Assembly (NCBI RefSeq): GCF_006345805.1
Contig: NC_043009.1
Location: forward strand, 1,612,001 to 1,676,000
Source: Octopus sinensis
Taxonomy: Eukaryota
Direction: 5' to 3'
Length of the DNA stretch: 64,000 nucleotides
Positions 24,481 through 37,243 of this stretch are shown here, piece by piece. Positions within the stretch are counted from its first letter, which is position 1; each line of letters begins with the position of its first letter. The position numbers and the translations under genes were made by a program. Below the pieces are notes generated by a model. The model saw nothing but the letters and a program-made list of their open reading frames with translations. It made no database searches and was not told the origin of the DNA.

Positions 24481-25102
24481 GAAACTCTCTCATGGAGATT
24501 CACACAAACACTCATATATGCACTCGCACACACGTTCATGCATATATAAGTGTATGTAATAATGATATTAAAGTGATGCTCTTGTAGATCTAATTCCAAT
24601 CTCCCACTTTCGTTTCAATTTAATTCCACTGAATGTGAAAAAGGGATATAACCTTAAAATCTGCTGTCGACAGAATCGAGATACAATTTTCTCTATTAAC
24701 CCACATAGTTTGATTCATATCAAAAGGTGGTTCGTTTTGGTTTGACATAAAACTTGTGTTTATTCAGGAATAATGGCTAATATCCATTACATTAATATCT
24801 TCGCCATTACTATGTAATATACTTACACACATATATATTTTTGTTTACACAAAATGATATATAATATATACATTTCTGTGGCTTACATTAAATAAATGAA
24901 GAATATTTACCACATGTATGAAATAAACATGAATGGCTGTGTGGTTAAGAAGTTTGGTTCTCAACTATGTGGCCTTGGGTTCAATCCCAGTGCAGTGCCT
25001 TGGCCATGTGTCTTTTACTACAGCCACAGACTTTGCCTTTTATCCTTTTGGGGTTGATAAACGTACTAATTGAACATTGGGGTTGACTGTCTTGACTTCA
25101 TC

Positions 25103-25310
25103 AGCCAGGTTTTTCGTTGTCCAAACGCTGATCTGGAACCCAACCTAGGTCCCCATATCTACAGTGTTCACCGCTGGAATAAGGAATGGTTGGAGATCAT
25201 GCGGTCATTAGCCTCAAATCGCCAGGCCTGGTCGGCGTTTGTGAGAGATGTAGCATTGAGGATGAATGAAGCTAGCTCAACCCACCCCGGGTGAATGCTG
25301 TTAAAGAAGA
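25103..25310 (+). mobile_element. 3' fragment of a second RTE-type LINE family
   Basis: Encodes ...EWLEIMRSLASNRQAWSAFVRDVALRMNEASSTHPG*, an RTE-like C-terminus, followed by a (GAA)n tail. Confidence 0.6.
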
Positions 25311-25661
25311 AGAATTGGGGTTGGTGTAATTGACTTATCTCTTCTCCCCAAAATTGCCGGCTGTGTGTCAAAATTTGAAAGTGATAGAATTAGCAGTGCG
25401 TCTCCAACACTCAACTTGAGATTTTGATGGAGAATATTCATTTATATCTGCTTTAAATAGCAAATTATAATCAGAGTGCCAAAGACCAGGTTTAGCCAAG
25501 TTTCTATCAAAAGGGTTCAAAACAAAACCAGATTCTAACTGGAGCACCAAAATGCAGCTTTACCTTGAGCATTAGGGGGTGGTGGTGGTGGTTAGCTGCT
25601 TTAGCACTTTCACTATCTGTGTCCTCATGAGTGATTTTGGTAGATGGAAACTGAAAGAAGC

Positions 25662-25885
25662 GAGCTGGCAGAAACGTTAGCATGCCGGGTGAAATGCCTA
25701 GTGGTATTTTATCTGCTGTTACGTTCTGAGTTCAAATTCCGCCGAGGTCGACTTTGCCTTTCATCCTTTTGGGGTCGATAAATTAAGTACCAGTTACGCA
25801 CTGGATTCAATCTAACCAACTTAACCCTTTGTCTGTCCTTGTTTGTCCCCTTTATGTTTAGCCCCTTCTGGGCAATAAAGAAATA
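25662..25885 (+). mobile_element. SINE B1 inserted in a SINE A fragment, 16-bp TSD GGAAACTGAAAGAAGC
   Basis: Exact TSD at 25646-25661 and 25886-25901. Confidence 0.9.
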
Positions 25886-26019
25886 GGAAACTGAAAGAAG
25901 CACATGTATGGATGTGCATATGCGTTTTGCGATTGACGTTGGATAACAATTGTAAGCAAGTGTCAATGTCATGCAAGCGGCAACCACTTTCAGTCTTTTG
26001 CGAAAACAGGTCTGTTTCT

Positions 26020-26410
26020 TTTACATTCTTTTACTTGTTTAAGTAATTTGACTGTGGCCATGCTGGAGCACTGCCTTGAAAAATTTTAAGTTGAACAAAT
26101 CAATTTCCAGTGTTTATTTTTACTTTTAAGCCTGGTACTTTTTGCATCCATCTCTTTTGCTAGATGACTAAGTTACGAGGATGTAAACAAACCAACATTG
26201 TTGTCAAGCAATAGTGGGGATCAAACACAGCCGCAATGACACACACACACACACACACACGATAGGCTTTTTTCCATCTTCATCTACCAAATCCACTCGC
26301 AAGGATTTGGTTGGCCCCGAGGCTTTAGCAAAACTTGCTCAAGGTGTCACACAATGGGACTGAACCTAAAGCCATGTGGTTGGGAAGCAAACTTCTTACC
26401 GCACAGCTAT
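26020..26410 (-). mobile_element. CORE-type SINE A
   Basis: Family similarity. Confidence 0.75.
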
Positions 26411-27207
26411 GCCTTCAATTATGTCTGGACATGGATGAACATTACCTTACATGGTAAACAGGTGAGGATATTTAGCCAGAGAAAAATCTACCTCAGGATA
26501 TTCCACGTGAGCATGGAAAACTGGATGTAAACATGATGATGGCATAGACGTACACATATGGAGAGAGAGAGAGAGAGAGAGTGGGGGAACAAGGGAGAGA
26601 TTTCCAGTTTAGCCAACACTACTATCAAATACAGATGATGAAAACAAAAAACAAAAAAAAATGCCAAACAACGCAAACAAAACATCCACTATGTTTATAT
26701 CTAAAATGTAATATTTTTAGCTGTCGACCAATTCTTGGTTAAGAGGAAATACTAGTCTGCTAGCAGAGAATGGATTTTGATTTGAGATTAGAAAACAAGG
26801 AAGTAGAAGTAGAGAATCTGTTGACTGATGCATCCACACACACATGCTGCACGCATGCACATGCATTATCAGCATCATCATTACCATTAGCATCAGCCAT
26901 ATCATCCCTGTTGCCATTATAATAATCACCAGGATGGTGGTGATTCACATCATCACCGCCTCCACCGTCAATTATCATCTAACGCCACAACTAACATCAT
27001 GACTAATAGATCCACCATAAATACCATCTCCACCACCAATGCTATCATAATCAAATCATTGCCATCACTACTGAAGTCAGCATCATCATCATCATCCTCA
27101 AAACATCATACACACTACCAGCACCTCTATCACCACCACCACCACCACCCCTAATGCTCAAAGTAATGCTGGCTTTTTATGCTCTGACTAGCATCTTTTG
27201 TTCTTAA

Positions 27208-27412
27208 CCCTTTTGATACCAACTAGCCCAAAACTGTCCTTGGCTCAATGATTATGATTTGCATTTTAAAGAGATATAAATGAAAATCTCCCATCAAAAT
27301 TTCAAGTTAATTTAGGCTCCGAACACAGCTTACTAACGACAAAATTGTTTTAATAAATTCATTATTTTAAAAATTAATTGAATCAGAGGTATTGAATATG
27401 GTAATGGAAGGA
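27208..27412. mobile_element. piggyBac-like MITE, family 2
   Basis: TTAA|CCCTTTTGATACC ... GGTAATGGAAGGA|TTAA; a homologous half lies at 58770-58930. Confidence 0.55.
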
Positions 27413-28081
27413 TTAAATATTGAAGGAAAAGTGTAGGTATAAAGAGTTTATTACAATATATAAATTTAAAAGAACATTTGAAGCTCAGCATTGAGGTTTC
27501 AAATCCTTACCTTTTTATATGATGAGGAAATAAAGAAACCATACCTACATTACAAGTAATAATCTCAGAAAAACACTTTCACCTATGCCATCAATACAAC
27601 CAAATATTCAATAACACTTACGATCAAACTCTCATATTCTGCCACCCATAACTCATCTTTTATTTGCTTAAACTCAACAAATCATTTATCTCAAGTTTTT
27701 ATTTATAATGTATTTCCATTATTTATATATAACATGGCAAGCTGGCAACATCATTAACATAGATAAAATGCTTAGTGGCATTCCTTCTGGCTTTATGTTC
27801 TAAGTTCAAATGCTACTGAAGTCAATCTTGCTGTTCGTCCTTTTGGGGTCAATAAAATATAGCACTGAGGTCGATATCATCAATTAACCCCTTCCCAAAA
27901 ATTGCTGGCCTTGAGCAAAATCTTGAAATACTTAAATATTAAGCTATAAATCCTACAATTTAGAAAATACACAAAATTTCATTATCAATTAATGGAAACT
28001 CATTAACATAGGAAAAGCAAATTACAGACCAGTTTCCAGGTAAAAGAAACAAAATCATGAAGATAATTTTTTGTATATAGA

Positions 28082-28570
28082 TGCAGGAGTGGCTGTGTGG
28101 TAAGTAGCTTGCTTACCAACCACATGGTTCCAGGTTCAGTCCCACTGCATGGCATCTTGGGCAAGTGTCTTCTATAGCCTTGGGCCAACCAAAGCCTTGT
28201 GAGTGGATTTGGTAGACAGAAACTGAGAGAAGCCTATCATATATCCCAAAAACCTGTTGGCCCATGATCTCTTAAAGCCAACAGGTTTTTGGGACTTGAT
28301 GATATGCCATAAAACTAAACCCTTTATGGACGGGTAACCTAAGATAATCTCATAAACCGGTCTTCCTCATTTTTAATATATGTATATATATATATATATT
28401 TGTGTGTGTGTGTGTGTGTTTGCCATCATTGCTTGACAACCAGTGTTGGTGCGTTTATATGCCCATAACTTAGTGGTTCAACAGAAGTGACTAATAGAAT
28501 AAGTACGACTAAAGATTCTTCAAGGTGGGCCCCAGCATGGCCACAGTCTAATTACTGAAACAAGTAAAAG
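28082..28570 (+). mobile_element. SINE A with a ~135-bp hairpin-bearing insert in its central microsatellite
   Basis: SINE halves 28082-28240 and 28400-28570. Perfect 18-bp inverted repeat at 28244-28261 / 28277-28294. Confidence 0.8.
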
Positions 28571-28907
28571 ATATATATAACCACTCTCTTGTATTAAATC
28601 AACAAAACCCTCACATTTCACATTCATTCTTTACTATCAACTGTTTGTCTTATATTTTTTTTATCTAACAAGTAATAGGCGTTGTGAGTATATGTATGTT
28701 TTTTTATGTGTATGAGAATTATTGCTAATGTTACTTTAATGCTTGTTAATCTTGTATGAAGATAGAGATAAATAGATATTTGTAACATTCAATTATTTTT
28801 TAAATACTTTATCAATTACTCCCTTAGCTGGCTTTGAACAGACTTCTTTCAGTAGTTTGTGGTTTCTGTTAGTCTTCAAATAAGTAAAAGGTATTAAGTG
28901 AAAGGTA

Positions 28908-30079
28908 TTGAGTCATCCCATAATAATGTGATTTTTTTCAATTGCTTGAAAGTTCGATTTTAACAGTTATTTTTTCAAAATTTATTATGGAAGTGACAAA
29001 GGAACATATTCAGTATATTTTGTTTTACGAGTTCAATAAAACACAACAACGCAACGGAAAATGCGAGGAATATTAATGCAGTATATGGGAATTGGACAAT
29101 AAGCATAAACCAGTGTCAACGGTGGTTCCAGAAATTCAGAGCTGGAAACTACAGCCTAAAAGACAAACCTTGTCCTGGAAGATCTGTAGAGCTCAACAAG
29201 AATGTCCTGCAAATACTGGTGGAACAAAATCCCCTCATAACTTGAGGAACTAGTAGAGAAGCTTGGATTTGGTTATTCAACAATTCCTCAACACCTGCGT
29301 GCCATTAGAAAACTCAGCAAATTGGGTCAATGAGTTCCTCACAAACTTCCCGAGTTTAATTGCACACAGAGTGAATGTGTGTTCTTCTTTGCTGTCACGT
29401 CTCCCGAATGAACCTTTTTTGGACTGAATAGTGACTGGTGATGAGAAGTGGGTTCTCTATAAAAATGTTGAGTGCTGAAGACAGTGGGTAGGGAAAGGAA
29501 AAACACTGGCACCCCAGGCTAGAGAAGGTCTTCACACATGTATGGTGTTGTCATCCGTTTGATGGGATATGAAAGGTTTAGTCCACTTTGAACTTTTAAA
29601 CCCAAACCAAACAATAACATAGGAGATCTACTGTGAGTGGCTTAAGTCTGCGCTTGAGGCAAAATGACAATCTTTGGTTTCAAGACGGAAGGTGTTCTTC
29701 CATCAGGATAATGCTTGCCCACATACAGAGAGGATGATATTCCAAAGGCTGGAGCAGTTCGAATGGGAAACAATGCCCCACCCACCATATTCGCCGAACA
29801 TTGCCCAATCTGATTATCATTTATTTCGCAGTTTTAAAAATGATCTGGTCAGAAAAAATATGAATACTGTAGACGAGGTCTCTACAGTACCGAAATGGTA
29901 TTTTTGGTCATGGACAAGTGAATTTTTGAAGAGGAGCTTTGCAAGTCTAACAGATAGATAGAAGAGCATCGTAGAAAATGAAGGAGAGTACATTTTGGAT
30001 TAAAAAAAGAGATTTGTTTATCTTAATTTTGAAAAATAAAAGAAGTATAAAAAAACACATTATTTATGGGATGACCCAA
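28908..30079 (+). mobile_element. Mariner (DD34D) transposon, decayed full-length copy, 1172 bp
   Basis: TIRs TTGAGTCATCCCATAA(A)TAATGTG with TA TSDs at 28906-28907 and 30080-30081. Confidence 0.95.
28987..30003 (+). pseudogene. Mariner transposase pseudogene
   Basis: MEVTKEHIQYILFYEF, QRWFQKFR, VPH, VTGDEKW, HQDNA, HPPYSPNIAQSDYHLF, EGEYILD*; multiple stops and frameshifts. Confidence 0.95.
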
Positions 30080-30406
30080 TATATGGACACACATCATAAA
30101 GATGTGTGTACAAAGACATACAAACACACATTCAGAAATACATGTGCACACACACACACAGATGTACACACACACACACAGATGTACACACACACACACA
30201 GATGTACACACACACGAATACAAAGACACACATGAAAGGAAACACAAACACAAGACAAGCTTCTTTCAGTTTCCATCTATCAAATCCACTCCCAATAATT
30301 TGATCAGCCTGGGATTATAGAGTAGGAGTCACTTGCCCAAGGCACCCCATTGTGGGACTGAACATGAAACCATGTGGCTGGGTAGCAAATTTCTTAACCA
30401 TGCTCC

Positions 30407-30443
<37 letters not shown>

Positions 30444-30854
30444 CACACACACACACACACACCATTGTTATTATGCAAAATTGTCATAAGTTCAAAACAT
30501 TCCTTTTCAGAGAATGAAAAAATAGTTTCTGCATTCCATTTCTTTTTACATTAGCAACAGTTTCAGCTTAAAAATATTACTTTGTTGGGTGCATAAAATC
30601 CTTATTCCATGCCTGAATGATATTTTCAATCAGAAATATTTTTGCAAAACTGTCGTATGTGAGACTTACTGCACTTTTAAAAAGTGCTGAACCATTGTAC
30701 TACATTTTGCAGTTGGAGATACGATAGTTTGACCAAAAGAACCGGCTACCGGCTATTGCAAGCAAAATTAAATATTGAAAAAAAAAATGCTTTTAGCCAA
30801 ATTTGGAAGTATGACAGTTTAACATAATGGAATGATATATATTATATGAGAGAG

Positions 30855-31502
30855 GGTGAGGACAAGATGTCAGAATTGTTTGCTCACTGAGTAAAATGCT
30901 GAGAGTAATTTCTTTTGGTTTTTTGTTCCAAGTTCAAATTCCACTGAGGTTAACATTGCCTTTCATCCTTTTGGGGTTGATGAAATAAGTACCAGTTGAT
31001 CACTAGGATTAATGACCACCCCTCCCCCCAAAATTTCAGGCCTTATACCTATAGAGGAAAGAATTATAATTAAGATTAAGGCAGTAAGCTGGCAGAATCA
31101 TTAGCACACTGGGTGAAATGCTTAGCAGTATTTCGTCTGTCTCTAAGTTCTGAGTTCAAATTCTGCCAAGGTCAACTTTGCCTTTCATCCTTTTGGAGTT
31201 GATGAAATACGTACCAGTTATGCACTGAGGTTGAAGTAATCAACTAACCCTCTTCTCCCAAATTTCAGGCCTTGTGCCTTTAGTAGAAAGGATTATTATT
31301 ATTGAAGTTTTAGCACACCAGACAAAATGCTTAGCAGTATTTCTTCTTGTTTTGAACATTATGAGTTCAAATGCTGCCAAAGTTACTGTTGCTTTCCATC
31401 CTTTTGGGATCAATAAAAATAAATACCATTTGAATACTGGGGTCAATGTTATTTACTGGCTGCTCTCCCCAAAAATTTCAGACTTTGTGCCTAGCGTAGA
31501 AA

Positions 31503-31505
<3 letters not shown>
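30855..31505 (+). mobile_element. Three head-to-tail SINE B2 copies
   Basis: Units at ~30855, ~31078 and ~31300, joined by ATT-rich tails. Confidence 0.8.
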
Positions 31506-31539
<34 letters not shown>

Positions 31540-31540
<1 letters not shown>

Positions 31541-32049
31541 TAGCAGTAATACCTATCGTTCATCGGATAATTACTTTTACTCTTTCTCAGGAGTCACATT
31601 CAAAGTATTATTATATATGTAATAGATTTCTCAACGGGGATTTCAGGGGAGAGTTTCAGGGAGTCGCTGGCGATGTATCGTGATGATCAAAAATCCGGCC
31701 TGCTAAAATTTGGTTACAGTGATTCAAACTGCAGACTCAACGCAAAATGGTCACATTTAATTCAAAGCGTTAAAAATGTTATGAAAACGATTGGTATGTG
31801 TTCACAAAGTCCAAACGATTAATACGTAAAAAACCCTCCAGGCTACATCCCGAAAATTCATTTCTTTGCCGAATTTCTACAATGTTTACGGCGATTCGTT
31901 TTTATATCTTGATTTTTTATTTTTCATGCAATTTACGCATGCTTGCACGCGTGGTGAACAAAGTTCACGTCAAACAGCTGACTGAGTAAAGTTCACTATT
32001 CAATGCATGGGATAAGGCCTAAACAAACACATTATAATATATAGACAGA
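31540..32049 (-). mobile_element. Non-autonomous Helitron-like element
   Basis: Minus strand 5'-TC start (32045 or 32049) and 3' CTAG|T end (31540-31543), with a weak subterminal hairpin; inserted at the edge of (TA)n. Confidence 0.6.
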
Positions 32050-32364
32050 TGCTTATGAAAGATGCAAGCACATTAATTCAACAAATAATGTCATTATATT
32101 CATATATCATACAGTCAAAATTGAAACTTCAGTCTTATTCTGCATACACATATATATACACACAGGTAACAAACACATGCTTATACATACATGCGCATAA
32201 ACATCCACTAATACATATATAAAGAGATTTTATCCTTTTACATCATACAAAAGATACACGTATGTACATACGTAGAGTTCACAGATCAAGAGGTAAGAGA
32301 TAGGCCGTTACGGGCTATGCTTACGTTATTATTAATATATATATTCACACACACACCCTTGTAA

Positions 32365-32682
32365 GGGGCATGGCTTAGTGGTTAGGGTACCTGGCTCACA
32401 ATCATAAGACTGTGAGTTCAATTCTTAGCAATGCATTGTGTCCTTGAGCAAGACTATTTCACATTGCTCCAGTCCACTTGGCTGGCAAAAATGGGTAGTA
32501 CCTGTGTTTCAAAGGTCCAGCCCATGTCACACTCTGTGTCATGCTGAATCTCCCTGAGAACTACATTAAGGGTACACACGTCTGTGGAGTACTCAGCCAC
32601 TTGCATGTTAATTTCATGAGCAGTCTGTTCCATTGATCGGATCAACTGGAATTCTCATTGTCGTAACTGATGGAGTGCCAGT
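32365..32682 (+). mobile_element. tRNA-derived SINE, family D (C-like head, distinct body)
   Basis: GGCATGGCTTAGTGGTTAGG, GAGTTCAATTC and TGTGTCCTTGAGCAAGAC motifs. Confidence 0.7.
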
Positions 32683-32689
32683 TTTACAG

Positions 32690-32700
32690 AGAGAGAGAGA

Positions 32701-32733
<33 letters not shown>

Positions 32734-32801
32734 TGAGAGGGAGAGAGAGAGAAGAGAGAGAGAGTGAAAGAGAGAGAGAGAGAGAGTGAGAGAGAGAGAG
32801 A

Positions 32802-32836
<35 letters not shown>
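32690..32836. repeat. (GA)n polypurine tract
   Basis: Direct inspection. Confidence 0.95.
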
Positions 32837-32839
<3 letters not shown>

Positions 32840-32903
32840 TGGCAATAACATCTAGCAAAAAAATGCAAAAGAGAAACAGAAAACAAAATGTTATAATAAG
32901 CAA

Positions 32904-33235
32904 GTGGCACCTTGAGCAAGTGTCTTCCACTATAGCCCCGGGCCGACTAAAGCCTTGTGAGTGGATTTGGTAGACGGAAACTAAAAGAAGCCCATCGTAT
33001 ATATGTATATATATATGCATGTGTGTGTTTGTGTGCCTGTGTTTGTCCCCCTAGCATTGCTTAACAACCGATGCTGGTGTGTTTATGTCCCCGTTACTTA
33101 GCGGTTCGGCAAAAGAGACCGCTAGAATAAGTACTAGGCTTACAAAAGAATAAGTCCCGGGGTCGAGTTGCTCGATTTAAGGCGGTGCTCCAGCATGGCC
33201 GCAGTCAAATGACTGAAACAAGTAAAAAAGTAAAT
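32904..33235 (+). mobile_element. SINE A, 5'-truncated, close to consensus
   Basis: Family similarity with retained CpGs. Confidence 0.85.
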
Positions 33236-33659
33236 CAGAATTTCTCAAAATAAAGAATGTACCTCACATTTGGTTAAGTTCAATTTTTATCAAGTCTTAG
33301 AGAAAAACTAATTCAAGAGAATATATAAATAGTAACAATTGACCTCAGATTCTCTCAGCAGAACACAAAGGCTGTATTATTCTAATGAGGAAAAACAAGA
33401 ACTTGTATCAAAACAATCATCGTCTTTGCAAACAGAATGGTATTTATGTAAAAATAAGAAGAAAAAACAAAGACAACAAACATGAATGGTGGTTAATAGC
33501 CACAGACATGGCTGTGTTGTTGTTAAGTAGTTTCACAACTGTATGGTTCCAAGTTCAGTCCCATAGTGCAGTGCCTTTGGCAAATGCATTCCGTTATGAG
33601 ATTGGGTTGACCAAATTCTTGTGAGCGAATTTGGTTGACAGAAATTGAGTGCAGACAAG

Positions 33660-33889
33660 GCAGTGAGCTGGCAGAGACGTTAGCATGCCAGGTAAAATGC
33701 TTAGCGGTATTTCAACTGCTGCAATGTTCTCAGTTCAAATTCTGCCAACATCGACTTTGCCTTTCATCTTTTCAGGGTCAATAAAATAAGTATCAGTTAT
33801 GCACTGGGGTTGATCTAATTGACTTAATCCCTTTGTCTGTCCTTGTTTATCCCCTCTGTATGTAGCCCCTTGTGGGCAATAAAGAAATA
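33660..33889 (+). mobile_element. SINE B1 inserted in an old SINE A (33505-34320), ~20-bp degenerate TSD
   Basis: AGAAATTGAGTGCAGACAAG (33640-33659) versus AGAAACTGATTGCAAACAAG (33890-33909), 17/20 match. Confidence 0.8.
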
Positions 33890-34725
33890 AGAAACTGATT
33901 GCAAACAAGCCTGTTGTGTGTGTGTGTGTGTGTGTATGTGTGTGTGTGTGTGTGATGTCAGCATGGAAAAGAAACATTAAAAACAATGATGATAATGATG
34001 ATGATGATGTGTGCTTGCATTTGTCCTTCACTACCACTTAACCTTTGTTGGTTTGTTTACATACCTGTAACTTAGTGGATTGCAATATATGCATGTATAT
34101 GTGTGAGGGAATGTATGTACATGTGGATGTATGTATGTGTGCATTATGGAGTCAAGGATGCATATGGGGGCTGTATTATACACACACATACATAACATTG
34201 TGCACATACAGAGAGAACACAAAACAAAGATGAACACTAAGGTTGGTTTGTTCAACTGACTCTACAAGGCAGTGCTCCAGCATGGTTGTTGTCAAATGAC
34301 TGAAACAAGTAAAAATAGAATAGGTGGAATTGGTAAATCCTGGGATAAAATTTCATTTTGGAAGTTACTACTGAAGAAATTGAAACCAAGATAAAATACT
34401 TTTGTGAAGATGAAGCCAAAATGAGGGTCAAAATCATGATGATGTTTGTTAGGCGGCTGATGAAGGAAATTCCCCAGTTGTGTTGAATTCGATTTTATTC
34501 TGTTTTGTCTGTTTGTTGTTAATGGCTGATAATTTGTTTTTGTGTTGCTTTCTTTTGGTCTGCCTTACTAGGATTAAACAAGCTTTGGTCATTTCTGATT
34601 CCTGGTGGGGTTAGTTACAGGGTTAGATATAATTTTATTCATACAGACTGCAAATAATTATTGTTTGGTAAGGTTAATATTACCATTATAAGGGAAACAT
34701 GAAGCACATGTATGCATACACACAC

Positions 34726-34769
<44 letters not shown>

Positions 34770-36189
34770 TATATATGTATATAATATACACTCCTTGTGC
34801 ATCCTTGATGCCATAATGCTTGTATACATACACCCACAAGCACATACATTCCCTCACACACACATATATACATATATTGCAATCAACACCACTGATAATA
34901 GTTAAAAACACTGAACATAGCATCTGTCACAGAAATTTTACAGCAGATGAAAGCATGTCTACAGACCACCACCACCACCACCACCACCACCAGCACCACC
35001 ACCACCACCAGCACCACCACCAGCACCAGCACCAGCACCACCACCACCAATAAAAAGCTCTGAAGTAAAGACATTGCAACCATCATTATCTTAATCACTT
35101 TGGATGGTATTACTAAGTTTTGTTGGATGATAAACTTCTGACAGTAGATAATGGCGAAAAATAGGAAATATAGCAGTGTTCAAACAGGATAAGAACTGTG
35201 TTCTTAATCTCTCACATTGGTAAGAACATTTGGGGAAACATTCAGTGATGGTGGTGGTGAGGGTGGTGGTGGTGGTGGTGGTGAGGATGTGATGGGTGGA
35301 GGGAGTTAGAAGAAGGGGCTAAAAATAGGGAGAAAATTATACTGATAACATTATAATTTTTTTTTTAGAAAAGTGCAATTATTGACATAGTTCTTATTGT
35401 TGCTTCGCCCCAGGTCAATCATGATTGAGTTGGTGGACATGATGAAAGAAGGCATTCCAGCTATGATGATCCTGTATTTTGTGAGAAAGAGAGAGACAGA
35501 CAGACAGAAACCGAGAGAGAGTGTGTGTGTGTGTGTGTGTATATATGTGATGAGGTATTTATTAACTTGTTTCAGTCACTGGACCAGGGTCATGCCAGGG
35601 CTCACTTTTATAAAACAAATCAACCCCATGCTTTTTGCTTAAAGACTATTTTTTGAAGTCTGGTATTTTTTTTTATTATTGGAATCTTTTCTGAAACTGC
35701 CAAGTTACGGGGATGTTAACAAACCAACACCAGTTGTCAAGTGTTGGTGGGACAAACTCAGTGACCCTGAGACCTACACCAGAGGAGTGCAAGCTCTGAT
35801 AGACACCCCTCCTCCCTACCATTACTGGACAGCTCAAAGGACTGAGGCCAGGCTTATATGGACTTCCTCTACCAACAGATAAAAATGGGTTCGTGTAAGG
35901 CTAAAAACTGCTACCTAGACAACTGAAAAATTTACTGAAGCTTTGATGACAATACAAAATCAACAAGACCTGAGAGAGGAGCAGAAAAGACAGCTCAGGG
36001 TTGAGAAGAGAGAAAAACACCCATTGATGGCCTATGCTGTGTAGGAAGTGAAGGGCTTTAGGAACTCTATCCACTGATTTAAAACTTAGATCATCAACTT
36101 TCAAATATAACATATTTATATTTAACATGCGGTTATATATAACACACACACACACACAAACATATATATATATATAACATACAATTGAA

Positions 36190-36440
36190 TCATCATCACT
36201 TAGCATCTATTTTCCATGCTGGCATGGGTTGGACAGCCTGACAGGAACTGGCAAAGCTAGGGTCCATACCCGGTTCCATAGTTTGTTTTAGCTTGATTTC
36301 TACAGTTGGACGCCCTTCCAAACACCAATCACTTTACAGAGTGTACTGGGCGCTTTTCATGTGGCACCATTGCCAGAGCTTTTCATGTGGCACCAACACC
36401 AGTGCTTTTCATGTGGCACCATCACTCAACAATGCTTTTG
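36190..36440 (-). mobile_element. RTE 3' tail (further minus-strand copies at 38055-38300, 40345-40710, 42705-42890, 50005-50128, 58400-58655)
   Basis: (ATC)n followed by TTTTCCATGCTGGCATGGGTTGGAC...GATGCCCTTCCTAAC motifs. Confidence 0.8.
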
Positions 36441-37098
36441 TGAACAGATGTTTAGCCTGTGTTGCGTGTCATGAAGTGGTTCAAAAATTTATTCCTTCCT
36501 GGATAGGAAGCCAGTTAATCACAACTTTCCCTCATTGATCTTTTATGCATAGATGACAGCTACACAGATAAGCTAAAGCCATATAAAATAACATTGCACT
36601 CAGAAACACAATGAAATGGCTGCTGTAGATTCCAACTCACGATGAGAGAAAGAAAGAAAGAAAGAAAGCGGGAGCAATTAATACCCTGCGTTATCTACCC
36701 AGCCACCAAAAGCTGTTAATCTAATGCAAAAAATTCCACAAAAATTGTTCTCAGGTGTCTTGGGATTCAAAATATGGATATGCTAATGTAGACAAAGAGA
36801 ACCTAATACCAGGATGAAAATAGGTCCTGTTCTAACGAAAGGTAGCAAAGTATATCTTCAGAAATAGATGCATGCAACAACTCCTACAAGTTTTTTGGTA
36901 ACTTGTGAATATCTGTCTGTCTGTCTGTCTCTCTCTCTGTTCCGTCTGTCTGTCTGTCTACCAATGTGCTTAACCATCTGTTTGTCTATCTATCTGAGAA
37001 CATACTTTGGTGTTAAACTTACCTACCAACTAAAACACCCACCTGCTTACCTACTAGTTTAGCTAACTACTTACCTACCCGAACACCTGCCCACTTAA

Positions 37099-37156
<58 letters not shown>

Positions 37157-37212
37157 ACCTATACATAAATATATGTATATACAAAGAAAGAAAGGGTGCA
37201 GTTAAGCAAGCA

Positions 37213-37243
<31 letters not shown>

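Noticed and set aside
30560-30840. Mariner-like TIR fragment (TTGGGTGCATAA)
   Set aside because: No matching opposite end or transposase remnant was found.
34930-35052. His/Gln-rich terminal exon (DESMSTDHHHH...Q*)
   Set aside because: Explained by a CAC/CAG microsatellite, with no supporting upstream exon.
35740-36130. Possible LINE ORF1 or coding relic
   Set aside because: Many stops in all frames and no recognisable motif.
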